Under the pieces are notes generated by a model. It saw only the letters and a program-made list of their open reading frames with translations. It had not been told where the DNA came from and ran no database searches. A stretch of 64,000 nucleotides of DNA from an uncultured Acidimicrobiaceae bacterium (GTDB taxonomy: Bacteria > Actinomycetota > Acidimicrobiia > Acidimicrobiales > RAAP-2), in contig OY970152.1 in NCBI GenBank assembly GCA_963706305.1, positions 1,531,777 through 1,595,776 on the forward strand, given 5' to 3'. The first letter of the stretch is position 1; each line of letters begins with the position of its first letter. This document shows, piece after piece, positions 44,414-53,784 of the stretch. A program made the position numbers and the translations under genes.

Positions 44414-45667
44414 GTGATCCCTGTCGATGACGCCAAGCGTTTTGTACTCGACGGTCTCGCCGCGCTTACGCCGATCGAGTTGCCACTCGCCGACGCCCTT
44501 GGATGTGCGGCGGGAGAGGAAGTGCTGGCTCGAGAGGACGTCCCCGGCTTCGCGAACTCATCAATGGACGGTTTCGCGCTGCGAGCCAGCGATACGACTC
44601 AAGGTTCCGCGACGCTGGTCATCGCCGGATCACTGCTCGCGGGCGACGCGCCGTTAGGCCGAGTCGAACCAGGTCACGCCGTCCGCATTATGACGGGAGC
44701 GCCTCTCCCCGAAGGAGCCGACTGTGTTTGCATGATCGAACAGACGGTCATCGACGCAACCGCGGGGACCGTCGAAATCACACGAAGTCTCGTGGCCGGC
44801 GACAACGTTCGCTATCGAGGCGAAGATGTGAAGGTCGGCCAGTCGCTCGTCAGTCCGCGTGACGAGCTCGACGCAGTCGTGCTCGGGGTGCTCGCCGGAC
44901 AGGGATTCGCGAACGTCGCAGCAGTGCCTCGTCCTCGCGTCGCTGTGATCTCCACCGGCAACGAGCTCGTGAGCTCGGGAGGTGAACTCCGCCACGGCGA
45001 GATTCGCGACAGCAATCGACCGACGCTGCTCGGCCTGCTCCGTGAGGCGGGCTTCACACCGATCGATGTGGGGTCGGTGCGCGACGAGTACGACGTGATT
45101 CGCTCGACGTTCGAGCGCGCTGCGGAAGAGTGCGACGCGATTATCTCCACGGGCGGCGTCAGCGTCGGCGATGTGGATCACGTGAAGGGCGTGATCACCG
45201 AGCTGGGGGGCGACACCGCCCGCTCGATGCAGGTGGCAGTGCGACCAGGCAAGCCCTTCGCCTTCGGTCGCATCGGCTCGCGATGCGTGCCAACCTTCGG
45301 GTTGCCCGGCAACCCCGTGTCAACTCGAGTGAGCTTCGAACTCTTCGTTCGCCCATCGTTGCGCCAATTGGGAGGACATCGCAATATCGAACGCCTCACC
45401 GTCAATGCGGTGCTGGACGTTGCGCACCCACGCACGAAGGATGGCAAGTTGCATGTCGTGCACGCGTTCGCGCGCGTTCATGAGGACGGCCGAGTGCACA
45501 TTGAGAGCACGGTCCGCCCAGGTTCGCACCTCATCAGCGCCGTCGCGGGCGCGAACGCGCTCATCATGGTGCCCGACGGCGACGGGTTCGACGCCGGCGA
45601 CGAGGTGCGGGCCATCATCGTGAATGCAGACGGCCTCGGACCGAGCCGAGTGAGCGAAGTGAGGTAG
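44414..45667 (+). CDS. moeA: Molybdopterin molybdotransferase
   Basis: NSSMDGFA, RIMTGA, STGNEL, STGGVSVGD, GLPGNPVS; GTG start at 44414. Confidence 0.95.
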   Translation: MIPVDDAKRFVLDGLAALTPIELPLADALGCAAGEEVLAREDVPGFANSSMDGFALRASDTTQGSATLVIAGSLLAGDAPLGRVEPGHAVRIMTGAPLPEGADCVCMIEQTVIDATAGTVEITRSLVAGDNVRYRGEDVKVGQSLVSPRDELDAVVLGVLAGQGFANVAAVPRPRVAVISTGNELVSSGGELRHGEIRDSNRPTLLGLLREAGFTPIDVGSVRDEYDVIRSTFERAAEECDAIISTGGVSVGDVDHVKGVITELGGDTARSMQVAVRPGKPFAFGRIGSRCVPTFGLPGNPVSTRVSFELFVRPSLRQLGGHRNIERLTVNAVLDVAHPRTKDGKLHVVHAFARVHEDGRVHIESTVRPGSHLISAVAGANALIMVPDGDGFDAGDEVRAIIVNADGLGPSRVSEVR

Positions 45668-45673
45668 CGGCGA

Positions 45674-45910
45674 ATGGCGCGACTCCTCCTGCTCGGACCT
45701 GCTCGAGAAGCGGCGGACCGTCGCAGCGACGAGATCGATGCGGCAACGGTCGCCGAGGTGCTCGATCTCGCCGTCTTGCGCTATGGCGCTGACTTTGCCA
45801 AGGTGCTGGCAACGAGTCAGGTGTGGGTGAACGGAGATGTCGCAAATCTCGATGATCCCCTGACATCAAACGATGAGGTGGTCGTGCTCCCGCCGATATC
45901 TGGGGGCTGA
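45674..45910 (+). CDS. moaD: Molybdopterin synthase sulfur carrier
   Basis: 78 aa ubiquitin-like protein ending VVLPPISGG. Confidence 0.92.
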   Translation: MARLLLLGPAREAADRRSDEIDAATVAEVLDLAVLRYGADFAKVLATSQVWVNGDVANLDDPLTSNDEVVVLPPISGG

Positions 45911-45977
45911 TCACGTCGGGCGCCCGAACGGCCACGGAGGCGTCAGATAATGTCATTCACGACGAGGTGAGCTGATC

Positions 45978-46725
45978 ATGATGAGAAGAAGCGTTACTGC
46001 GTCCCGTCAGATTCCCAATCAGTTCGCTGAGCGGCTTTTTGATCCGTTGCCGCGGCGCTACAACCGTCTCGCGGCGTTCCTCTCGTTCGGTCAGGACGGC
46101 CGGTGGCGCTCGGCCATCGTTGACCAGGTCGCCGCGAGCGCGCCCTCGTCAGTCCTCGACGTCGCGTGCGGACCATGTGCGGTAACCAGGCGACTCGCGA
46201 AACGCACGTCGGCGCAGATCGTTGGCATCGACCTGACCGAGGCGATGCTTCGCGAAGGGGAGCGAAACGTTCATCGCGCCCACCTCGACGACCGGGTGGC
46301 GCTGGTGCTGGGGCGCGGCGAGCAGCTCCCCTTCGCCGACGCGAGCTTTGACGCGCTCACGTTCACGTATCTCTTGCGCTACGTCGAGGATCCGCAGGCA
46401 ACCGTTCGCGAGCTGGCGCGCGTCGTCAAGCCGGGAGGACGCATCGCGAGCCTTGAGTTCGCAGTTCCCCAGCAGCCGGTTCTGGTGGGCGTCGTGGTGG
46501 CTGTATACGCGCATGCTGCTGCCCGTCGCCGGATATCTCACCGGGGGCCGGGCGTGGTGGGACGTCGGAAGATTCCTCGGGCCCAGCATCTCGCGTCACT
46601 ACCGCGACTACTCAGTCGCGTGGACCGTCGACGCGTGGCGCCGCGCGGGTATCGAGCACGTCGAGTATCGAACCATGAGCCTCGGCGGCGGTCTCGTCAT
46701 GTGGGGCTACCGGTCAGCGACGTGA
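45978..46725 (+). pseudogene. UbiE/MenG-like class I SAM methyltransferase interrupted by a +1 frameshift
   Basis: VLDVACGP, LPFADASFD, RVVKPGG in the first frame; C-terminal part (SSRFWWASWWLYTR...MSLGGGLVMWGYRSAT*) in the +1 frame; junction at CCCC 46467-46470. Confidence 0.8.
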
Positions 46726-47486
46726 GCGAGAGCGCGAGTCGCGAGACCAAGTCGGCCGGGCCTTCTTTCTACGCGCGCCCACGGGCGCTGCGACGTCGAT
46801 GGATGCAGGACTGGTGGACCGTTCTTCATCCGCCCTACACGATGCTTCATCTCTCGCTCGTCACGATTGGCGCCTGTCTGGTCGGTCCGGTTAACTCGAA
46901 TCGGTTGCTGCTGACGTTGCTCGCCTTCTTCCTCGCGGTCGGAGTAGGTGCACACTCGCTCGACGAGCTGAACGGGCGACCGCTCAAGACTGTCATTCCC
47001 AATTGGCAGCTCGTCGCGGCGTCGGCCATCGGCGTCGGCGGCGCGATTGGGCTCGGGATCCTTGGCCTCTTCCTCGTGAACTTCTACCTCGCCATATTCA
47101 TCGCCGTGGGAGCGTTCGTCGCCGTTGCGTACAATCTGGAACTCTTTCACGGACGACTGCACACGAGCCTCGTGTTCGTTCTTGGATGGGGCGCTTTTCC
47201 AGTGCTGACCGGCTATTTCGCCCAGCACGGACGGCTCGGTGTGGCGGCGTGCGTTGCGGCCGTGTTCGGCGCACTGGTCACCCAGATTCAGCGTCTGCTC
47301 TCCACGCCGGCGCGCGATCTGCGCCGGCGCACGACGTCTGTCGAAGGAACGGTCGTTCGCTCCGACGGCTCGGTCGTCGATCTCAATCGTGGAGTGATGC
47401 TTCGCCCGCTCGAAGGAGCGTTGCAGACGCTCTGTTGGGCCGGGGCCTCGCTCGCGCTTGCGTTGGCCTACGTCCGATTGAGGTAG
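46722..47486 (+). CDS. Uncharacterised multi-TM membrane protein (distant UbiA-like)
   Basis: DWWTVLHPPYT, HSLDELNGRPL, about 7 hydrophobic segments; GTG start overlaps the methyltransferase TGA. Confidence 0.7.
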   Translation: MSESASRETKSAGPSFYARPRALRRRWMQDWWTVLHPPYTMLHLSLVTIGACLVGPVNSNRLLLTLLAFFLAVGVGAHSLDELNGRPLKTVIPNWQLVAASAIGVGGAIGLGILGLFLVNFYLAIFIAVGAFVAVAYNLELFHGRLHTSLVFVLGWGAFPVLTGYFAQHGRLGVAACVAAVFGALVTQIQRLLSTPARDLRRRTTSVEGTVVRSDGSVVDLNRGVMLRPLEGALQTLCWAGASLALALAYVRLR

Positions 47487-47641
47487 GGGATGTCCCTGAG
47501 GCACCCCTGACATGTTGAACCATTCCACTCAGGATTCTCGGTATTTCCTCAGTTGTCAGGTGTAACAGCGTCGGGATCTTCGCCGTAATATAAAAACAAA
47601 TTTCGATCTACTGGTGGGTGTGACAGGACGAGAGAGATCCG

Positions 47642-48325
47642 ATGAGCGACGCCGAATCCCCCAAGAGCCGTGCCGTGACCTACATCGTGTGTGGGCAGAT
47701 TTTCTTCGTGCTGTTCATCGGCGTGTGCGTGGCCATCCATCCCGGCATCGTTTTGAAGTGGAACGAAGGGGGAGTGAGCAACTACGGCATCCACGTCAAG
47801 ACTGCTCTTCCCTACACGCTGGCGCTGGGGCTGCTCGCGATCTACAGCCGAAGAGCGGCGGTTCTCTACTCCAAGAGCGATCCCGTCACTCGACGGCTCC
47901 GTCGAGTGCTCACTGTGTACAGCGTGATCGTCATCGTGATGCTGTTCAGCACGTACGTCTACTCACTCAACCACGTGTTGCGCGACATCCACATTGGCTT
48001 CGGTACGGTGCTCATCACGTTCGAGTCGTTAGCAGCAATATGGATGCTCGTGCTCTCTCGGCGACGCGCCTGGGACAGCGTTTATCTTGCGACGCAGATC
48101 GTCGGCGCTCTTCTTGCGCTCGTGACCATCGTCGGGGTGCTGCACTTTCTGTTTCTCGCTGAAATGCTCGCGAACACGGGATTCGCATCCATACTGATTC
48201 ACACGGCCCAAAGGATTGCGCTCGACGATCGCCTGGAGTCCGAGCGACCGCTGTCACGTGCGTCACTTCCGCTTCGGCGGCTGCGGCTCCCTCCCATGCG
48301 AGCGGACAACTCGATCGCTGACTGA
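47642..48325 (+). CDS. Hypothetical multi-pass membrane protein
   Basis: About 6 hydrophobic segments; NEGGVSNYG loop; no family recognised. Confidence 0.6.
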   Translation: MSDAESPKSRAVTYIVCGQIFFVLFIGVCVAIHPGIVLKWNEGGVSNYGIHVKTALPYTLALGLLAIYSRRAAVLYSKSDPVTRRLRRVLTVYSVIVIVMLFSTYVYSLNHVLRDIHIGFGTVLITFESLAAIWMLVLSRRRAWDSVYLATQIVGALLALVTIVGVLHFLFLAEMLANTGFASILIHTAQRIALDDRLESERPLSRASLPLRRLRLPPMRADNSIAD

Positions 48326-48385
48326 TTGGTCGTGTGCGGGGCATAACGCCAGATCGCGTTACCGAGAACGTGAAACAATGGGGCG

Positions 48386-49006
48386 ATGTACGTGCCCCCC
48401 AAGTTTGCGGTTGATGACGAAGAAGCGTGGAAGATCGTCGAAGACGCAGGAGCCGGCATGCTCGTCATTCAAACTGCCGAAGGCCTCGCGAGTGTCTACG
48501 TCCCGGTCCTCGTCAACGACGATCGCTCGATACTTGCGACGCATGTCGCTCGCGCGAACCCGTGGTGGAAGTCGGTGGGAGAGGGAGCTGAAGTACTGGC
48601 GCTTTTTCTCGCTGCGAGTGCCTACGTCACCCCTTTGTACTATCCGAGCCGTTTGGAGAATCCCAACGTGGTGCCGACGTGGAACTACGTCGCGGCGGAG
48701 GTTCGCGGTACAGCGACAATTCACGATGACCTCGAATGGAAGTGGCGACAGACCGGGCTCGTCACTGAGCGATTTGAGCGCGGTTTCGACCCTCCGTGGA
48801 GCGCCGACGATCTCGATCCGCAGTATCGAGAGAGTCAGCTGAAGGCCATCGTGGGCATCGAGATCGAAGTGAGCTCGATCGAGGGCAAAGCCAAGCTGTC
48901 ACAAAATCGGCCAGAGGTCGATCGGGTGAACGTCCGCGAAAAGTTTGAGGTCGGATCGCTCGGCGAGCGCAACGTGGCTGAGCGAATGGATCCTCCGGAG
49001 GAGTGA
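48386..49006 (+). CDS. PaiB-family FMN/heme-binding protein
   Basis: MYVPPKF, HVARANP, YVTPLYY, VPTWNYVAAE, GKAKLSQNR. Confidence 0.9.
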   Translation: MYVPPKFAVDDEEAWKIVEDAGAGMLVIQTAEGLASVYVPVLVNDDRSILATHVARANPWWKSVGEGAEVLALFLAASAYVTPLYYPSRLENPNVVPTWNYVAAEVRGTATIHDDLEWKWRQTGLVTERFERGFDPPWSADDLDPQYRESQLKAIVGIEIEVSSIEGKAKLSQNRPEVDRVNVREKFEVGSLGERNVAERMDPPEE

Positions 49007-49072
49007 CCGATAGAGATCCCGGTATCAGCATTCGCCCGGGCTCCATCGTCCCTGACGGGTGGTGGACTGCGG

Positions 49073-49810
49073 CTACGCGCTGATCACCGTTGGGTGAAAA
49101 CCAACGAAGAGGCCAGTGCCGACGACCCCCGGCACGGAGTTGAGCTGTGGGTCGAGGTCGGGCGTCACGTCAGCGAATCGGACGTCAAGGATGAGATTGC
49201 GGTTCTCGGTGATCACTGGACCGTCCTTGCCGACGGCCTTTCGGAGCTCGATCTCGTGAACCTCGAAACGTTCGAGTAGCTCGGACTGCACCAGTTGAAG
49301 GGACTCGGGGACCAGCTCCAGGGGAATCGGGAACTTTAGGCCGAGTCGTTCGACGAGCTTTGAATCGTCGACGAGAATGTAGCGCTCGGGCGAGCTCGCG
49401 ATGATCAACTTCTCGCGGAGCATGGCACCTCCACGGCCCTTGATCATGTCGCCATCGCCGTCAACCTCGTCAGCTCCGTCAAAGGACCAGTCGGGCCGTT
49501 GCTCAAGGAGGCTCGAGGTCCTTATGCGAAGCTCCGCGCACGCCATCTCCATCTCGATCGAGGTCGTGATGGCGGTGAAGTGCCAGCCGTTGCTGTTCGC
49601 CTGGTCGACGAGTGCGTGCAGCGCGAGCAGGCTCGTCGAGCCGCTGCCGACGCCGACCACGTCGTTGTCGCGAAGACGGGCTGCCATCTCACGAGCAACC
49701 TTCTCCTTCGCATCAAGATTCGATATTCCCTTGCGCCATGCGGTGCGGTTAACTTCAGCCTCAAACCATTCCATGAAGTGGCGTCCTCTCTCGATGCCTG
49801 GGTACATCAT
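49073..49810 (-). CDS. rpiA: Ribose-5-phosphate isomerase A
   Basis: GVGSGST, FDGADEVD, IKGRGGA, VPGVVGTGLF. Confidence 0.9.
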   Translation of the reverse strand: MMYPGIERGRHFMEWFEAEVNRTAWRKGISNLDAKEKVAREMAARLRDNDVVGVGSGSTSLLALHALVDQANSNGWHFTAITTSIEMEMACAELRIRTSSLLEQRPDWSFDGADEVDGDGDMIKGRGGAMLREKLIIASSPERYILVDDSKLVERLGLKFPIPLELVPESLQLVQSELLERFEVHEIELRKAVGKDGPVITENRNLILDVRFADVTPDLDPQLNSVPGVVGTGLFVGFHPTVISA

Positions 49811-49949
49811 TGCTCGACGGTGATCGCATGTTTGATCGTCGTGTCCCTGAGTTCCCGGGTGTCGCGATCACTGGAACTGGCGAACGCTGCTACTGTCACG
49901 AACGCTTCCTGAGGAAGTAGTCGCGGGCCTGCAACGGAGGTGTCTCACA

Positions 49950-50888
49950 GTGGAGATTGAAGCCGCAAGGTTCCAACTCGATCTCCGTCCATTTTCGGCT
50001 GGCCTGCAACACGGAGAACCCCTTGACTTCGCGCGGCGACGCGCGGAGTACTCAATACCGGAACTCCACTGGGACCATGAGATCAAGATTCGAAACGAGA
50101 CGATCGCTCGTGGGGCTCGGTCCGTGAATGTTCGTCTCTACGAACCGATTGGTCGCCGCGTGAGCGGAGCGCTTCTGCAGATTCACGGTGGCGGCTTCGT
50201 TCTTGGCGATCTCGACGTCGGACACCGTCGGTGCTTGAGCCTGGCGCGAAACGCCGGGTGCCTGGTCGTGGCCGTTGATTATCGACTCGCACCGGAGCAC
50301 CAATTTCCCGCTGGCTTGGACGACTGTTTTCTAGCGTTGACGTGGTTGCACGAATGCGCCGGCGAACTCGCCGTCGATCCCACGCGAATTGGCATCGTCG
50401 GGGACAGCGCCGGTGGATGCCTCGCGGCCGCGGTTGCCCTTCGCGCTCGCAACGAAGGCGGTCCGCCCCTTGCAGTGCAACTACTCGTGTATCCAGTGCT
50501 TGACTGTCGACTCGAGACCGCCTCGATCAGAACCTTTTGGGACGGACCAGGTTTCTCGGGCAGCAATGCGTCGGAAATGTGGAACCTCTATGCGCCTCAA
50601 CTCCCACAGCACTTCGCCGAGTACGCGTCGCCCGCCCTCGCTCAAGATCTTTCGGGGCTCCCACCGACGTACCTCAGCGTCGCCGAGTTCGATCCTCTGC
50701 GAGACGAGGGGATCCGTTACGCGGAACGACTGCTCGGCGCGGACGTCAGCGTCGAGCTGCGGACGTTCCCCGGTACCTGGCACGGATTTGACCTCGACGC
50801 TCCAGACTCCACGGTGACACAAGAGTTCTACGGAGCCGAAGCTGGTGCCGTCCAAAGGTATCTCTCGCCCCTAAATGGGGAGAATTGA
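49950..50888 (+). CDS. Alpha/beta hydrolase, HSL-family esterase
   Basis: HGGGFV, GDSAGG, FDPLRDEG, FPGTWHGF. Confidence 0.9.
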   Translation: MEIEAARFQLDLRPFSAGLQHGEPLDFARRRAEYSIPELHWDHEIKIRNETIARGARSVNVRLYEPIGRRVSGALLQIHGGGFVLGDLDVGHRRCLSLARNAGCLVVAVDYRLAPEHQFPAGLDDCFLALTWLHECAGELAVDPTRIGIVGDSAGGCLAAAVALRARNEGGPPLAVQLLVYPVLDCRLETASIRTFWDGPGFSGSNASEMWNLYAPQLPQHFAEYASPALAQDLSGLPPTYLSVAEFDPLRDEGIRYAERLLGADVSVELRTFPGTWHGFDLDAPDSTVTQEFYGAEAGAVQRYLSPLNGEN

Positions 50889-50955
50889 GTCCTATATCCT
50901 AGAATCTAGCCCGCGGTCACCCGATCGATGGGCGTCGGGCGGGAGGCATTGAGAC

Positions 50956-51702
50956 GTGGACAAAGTCGTGGGTACGCCGACCGAGGCGGTGCGCGATATC
51001 ACTGACGGTTCGTCGCTCGCGGTTGGTGGATTCGGACTGTGCGGCATTCCGAGCTTGTTGATAGACGCGGTGTTGGCAGGTGGAGCGACCGATCTTGTCA
51101 CCGTGAGTAATAATTGCGGCGTCGATGACTGGGGACTCGGGGTCTTGCTCGGGGCGAGGAGAATTCGTCGAACGACGGGATCCTATGTGGGCGAAAACAA
51201 AGAGTTCGAACGCCAGTATCTCTCTGGTGAGTTGGAAGTTGAGCTCGTCCCGCAGGGAACCCTCGCTGAGCGGCTGCGCGCGGGTGGCGCCGGGATACCC
51301 GCGTTTTACACGCCGGCGGGTGTTGGCACACAAGTGGCCGAAGGCGGATTGCCGTGGCGCTACCGAGTCGATGGCAGCGTCGACGTAGCGTCGCCACCGA
51401 AAGAGGTCCGCGAGTTCGACGGCCAACAATATGTCCTCGAACGAGAAATACGCACCGATTTCGCCCTGGTGCACGCTCGAGTGGGCGATCGTCACGGCAA
51501 CCTCATCTACGAAGAAAGCGCGCAGAATTTCAATCCGCTGTGCGCCGCCGCCGGACGCGTCACGATCGCGGAGGTTGAGGAACTCGTCGAGCCAGGCGAG
51601 CTCGATCCGGCGACCGTGCACACGAGCGGCATCTTCGTCCAGCGCGTCGTTCTCGCATCGCAGACGGAAAAGCGAATCGAGAAGCGGACGGTGCGGTCGT
51701 GA
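50956..51702 (+). CDS. 3-oxoacid CoA-transferase subunit A
   Basis: [35 protein letters not shown]. Confidence 0.93.
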   Translation: MDKVVGTPTEAVRDITDGSSLAVGGFGLCGIPSLLIDAVLAGGATDLVTVSNNCGVDDWGLGVLLGARRIRRTTGSYVGENKEFERQYLSGELEVELVPQGTLAERLRAGGAGIPAFYTPAGVGTQVAEGGLPWRYRVDGSVDVASPPKEVREFDGQQYVLEREIRTDFALVHARVGDRHGNLIYEESAQNFNPLCAAAGRVTIAEVEELVEPGELDPATVHTSGIFVQRVVLASQTEKRIEKRTVRS

Positions 51703-52343
51703 GCGGATGGAGTCGTGATCAGTTGGCGGCCAGAGTCGCCGTCGAGTTCAGCGACGGGCAGTACGTGAATCTTGGCATCGGACTTCCAACCACCGTGCCC
51801 AACTTTGTTCCCGATGGAACTCACGTGGTGCTGCACTCCGAAAATGGCATTCTCGGTGTGGGGCCATATCCACTCGATGGTGACATTGACGCCGATCTAA
51901 TCAACGCGGGCAAGGAAACGGTGACGGTATTACCAGGAGCTGCATTCTTCGACTCCGCAACATCGTTTGCGATGATTCGTGGTGGCCACATTGACGTGGC
52001 TGTGCTCGGCGCCATGCAAGTGTCGGCTGAGGGGGACTTGGCAAACTGGATGGTTCCAGGCAAGGTCGTCAAGGGAATGGGCGGCGCCATGGATCTCGTT
52101 CACGGCGCCAAGCGGGTAATCGTGATGATGGAGCACGTTGCCAAAGATGGAGGCTTCAAGATTGTCAACCGCTGTACGCTGCCGCTGACGGGACGAGCTT
52201 GCGTACAGCGGATCATCACCGATATGGCGGTCATTGATGTCGAGCTGGAAGGTCTCGTGCTGCGCGAACTGGCGCCGGGCGTCTCGCTTGACGACGTTCG
52301 AGCGGCAAGCGAGCCACACCTCCAAGTTGCTATCGATCAGTAG
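51699..52343 (+). CDS. 3-oxoacid CoA-transferase subunit B
   Basis: [15 protein letters not shown] catalytic Glu, GMGGAMDLV. Confidence 0.93.
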   Translation: MSGWSRDQLAARVAVEFSDGQYVNLGIGLPTTVPNFVPDGTHVVLHSENGILGVGPYPLDGDIDADLINAGKETVTVLPGAAFFDSATSFAMIRGGHIDVAVLGAMQVSAEGDLANWMVPGKVVKGMGGAMDLVHGAKRVIVMMEHVAKDGGFKIVNRCTLPLTGRACVQRIITDMAVIDVELEGLVLRELAPGVSLDDVRAASEPHLQVAIDQ

Positions 52344-52399
52344 TCGTGAAGGCTTTGCATCGCGGAGCAGCGGAGGCCTAATGTGCCCTGTTCCTCGGG

Positions 52400-52653
52400 C
52401 AGGGCCGGCTGATTTCGCCAATCAGACACGACAGCTTTCGCGCTGGAGCACTTCCCGAATTTTCGAATCGCCGAGGTGCATGTTCGGCTCCGACTGGCCC
52501 GTATGTCGTCTGGCGGCGAGCTACACGCAGGTCGTCGAACTTGCGACCGCCGCACTCGCAACCCTTTCATCGACCCAGCGCCACGACGTACTGTATGGCA
52601 GCGCGATACGGGCGTACAAACTGAAACTTCCCGACGCGTACATCGGAGACTGA
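52400..52653 (+). pseudogene. C-terminal remnant of an amidohydrolase-family sugar lactonase (L-fuconolactonase-like)
   Basis: RCMFGSDWPVCRLAASY...VLYGSAIRAYKL retained; N-terminal metal-binding region absent; ALEHF fragment upstream in another frame. Confidence 0.75.
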
Positions 52654-52654
52654 C

Positions 52655-53401
52655 ATGGATGACGAAGCGAACCAGAGGGTTCTCATCACTGGAGGGTCCT
52701 CGGGTATTGGACTGGCCGCCGCGCTCGCCTTTCGTGCGCGCGCGGCCGAGGTCGCGATCCTCGATCGTACTGAGCATGGCCCTGACGGTTTCATATTTGA
52801 ATGGGCGGACGTCGCCGCTGACGAGAGCGTGCAGGGGGCAGTGTCTCGCAGTGTGGCGAGGTTGGGCGGTCTTGACGTGCTCGTCAACTGCGCGGGCATT
52901 GGGGCCCAGGGCGGCGTCGAAGCGAACTCGGATGAGGAGTGGCATTCAGTCTTTGACGTCAACGTCCTCGGCATGGTGCGCGTCACGCGTTCGGCGCTGC
53001 CCGCACTCCTCGAATCGAAGAATGCTGCGATCGTGAACGTCGGCTCTGTCGCTGCGACGGTGGGGCTGCCCGATCGAGTGCTCTACTCAGCGACCAAGGG
53101 TGCGGTGCTGTCGATGTCCCTCGCGATGGCGGCAGATTTGCTGCCCTTCGGCGTTCGCGTCAACGTGGTGAACCCCGGCACCACTTCCACCCCGTGGATC
53201 GATCGCTTGCTCCAAAGCGCGGGCGATCCCGATATGGAACGCGCCGCACTCGAGGCCCGCCAGCCGCACGGCCGGCTCGTGACTGCCGAAGAGGTGGCCG
53301 AGGCCATCGTGTACTTGGCCGCGCCAACATCGGGATCGACGACAGGAACGTACCTGGCAGTTGACGGTGGCATGCAGCGTCTGAGGGTACGACCTCGCTG
53401 A
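52655..53401 (+). CDS. SDR oxidoreductase (2-keto-3-deoxy-L-fuconate dehydrogenase-like)
   Basis: GGSSGIG, NCAGIG, YSATKG, RQPHGRLVTAEEVA; context of a deoxy-sugar locus. Confidence 0.8.
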   Translation: MDDEANQRVLITGGSSGIGLAAALAFRARAAEVAILDRTEHGPDGFIFEWADVAADESVQGAVSRSVARLGGLDVLVNCAGIGAQGGVEANSDEEWHSVFDVNVLGMVRVTRSALPALLESKNAAIVNVGSVAATVGLPDRVLYSATKGAVLSMSLAMAADLLPFGVRVNVVNPGTTSTPWIDRLLQSAGDPDMERAALEARQPHGRLVTAEEVAEAIVYLAAPTSGSTTGTYLAVDGGMQRLRVRPR

Positions 53402-53730
53402 TGAGTGTCCAACGGATGGCCGCCGTGATCCGATTGCGCCCCGAGAAGGAGGCGCAGTACCGAGCGATGCACGCCGACACCTGGCCGCAGGTGCTTCGCA
53501 CGCTGAAAGAAGCAGGCGTATCGAACTACTCGATCTTTCTGCGCGACGGCATGCTGTTCAGCTACATGGAATTCGACGGCGACGACTTCGAAGCGTCCAT
53601 GGAGAACATGGCCTCCGATGAGGCGACCAAAGAGTGGTGGATGATCACCGGACCGTGTCAGCAGCCCCTCGGCACGGTGACTGAGGAGGAGTGGTGGGCG
53701 CCCGCCGAAGAGATCTTCCATCTCGACTGA
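53401..53730 (+). CDS. L-rhamnose/L-fucose mutarotase family protein
   Basis: YRAMHADTWP, NYSIFL, EEIFHLD. Confidence 0.88.
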   Translation: MSVQRMAAVIRLRPEKEAQYRAMHADTWPQVLRTLKEAGVSNYSIFLRDGMLFSYMEFDGDDFEASMENMASDEATKEWWMITGPCQQPLGTVTEEEWWAPAEEIFHLD

Positions 53731-53784
53731 TGCAGCTGTGAGATCGCAACGAGTGGGACGACGCAGTTTCATTGGAGATGGCGC

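Noticed and set aside
45978-47486. Genuine 502-aa methyltransferase-membrane fusion protein
   Set aside because: The middle segment is out-of-frame Arg-rich sequence and the true methyltransferase C-terminus is in the +1 frame; treated as a frameshift.
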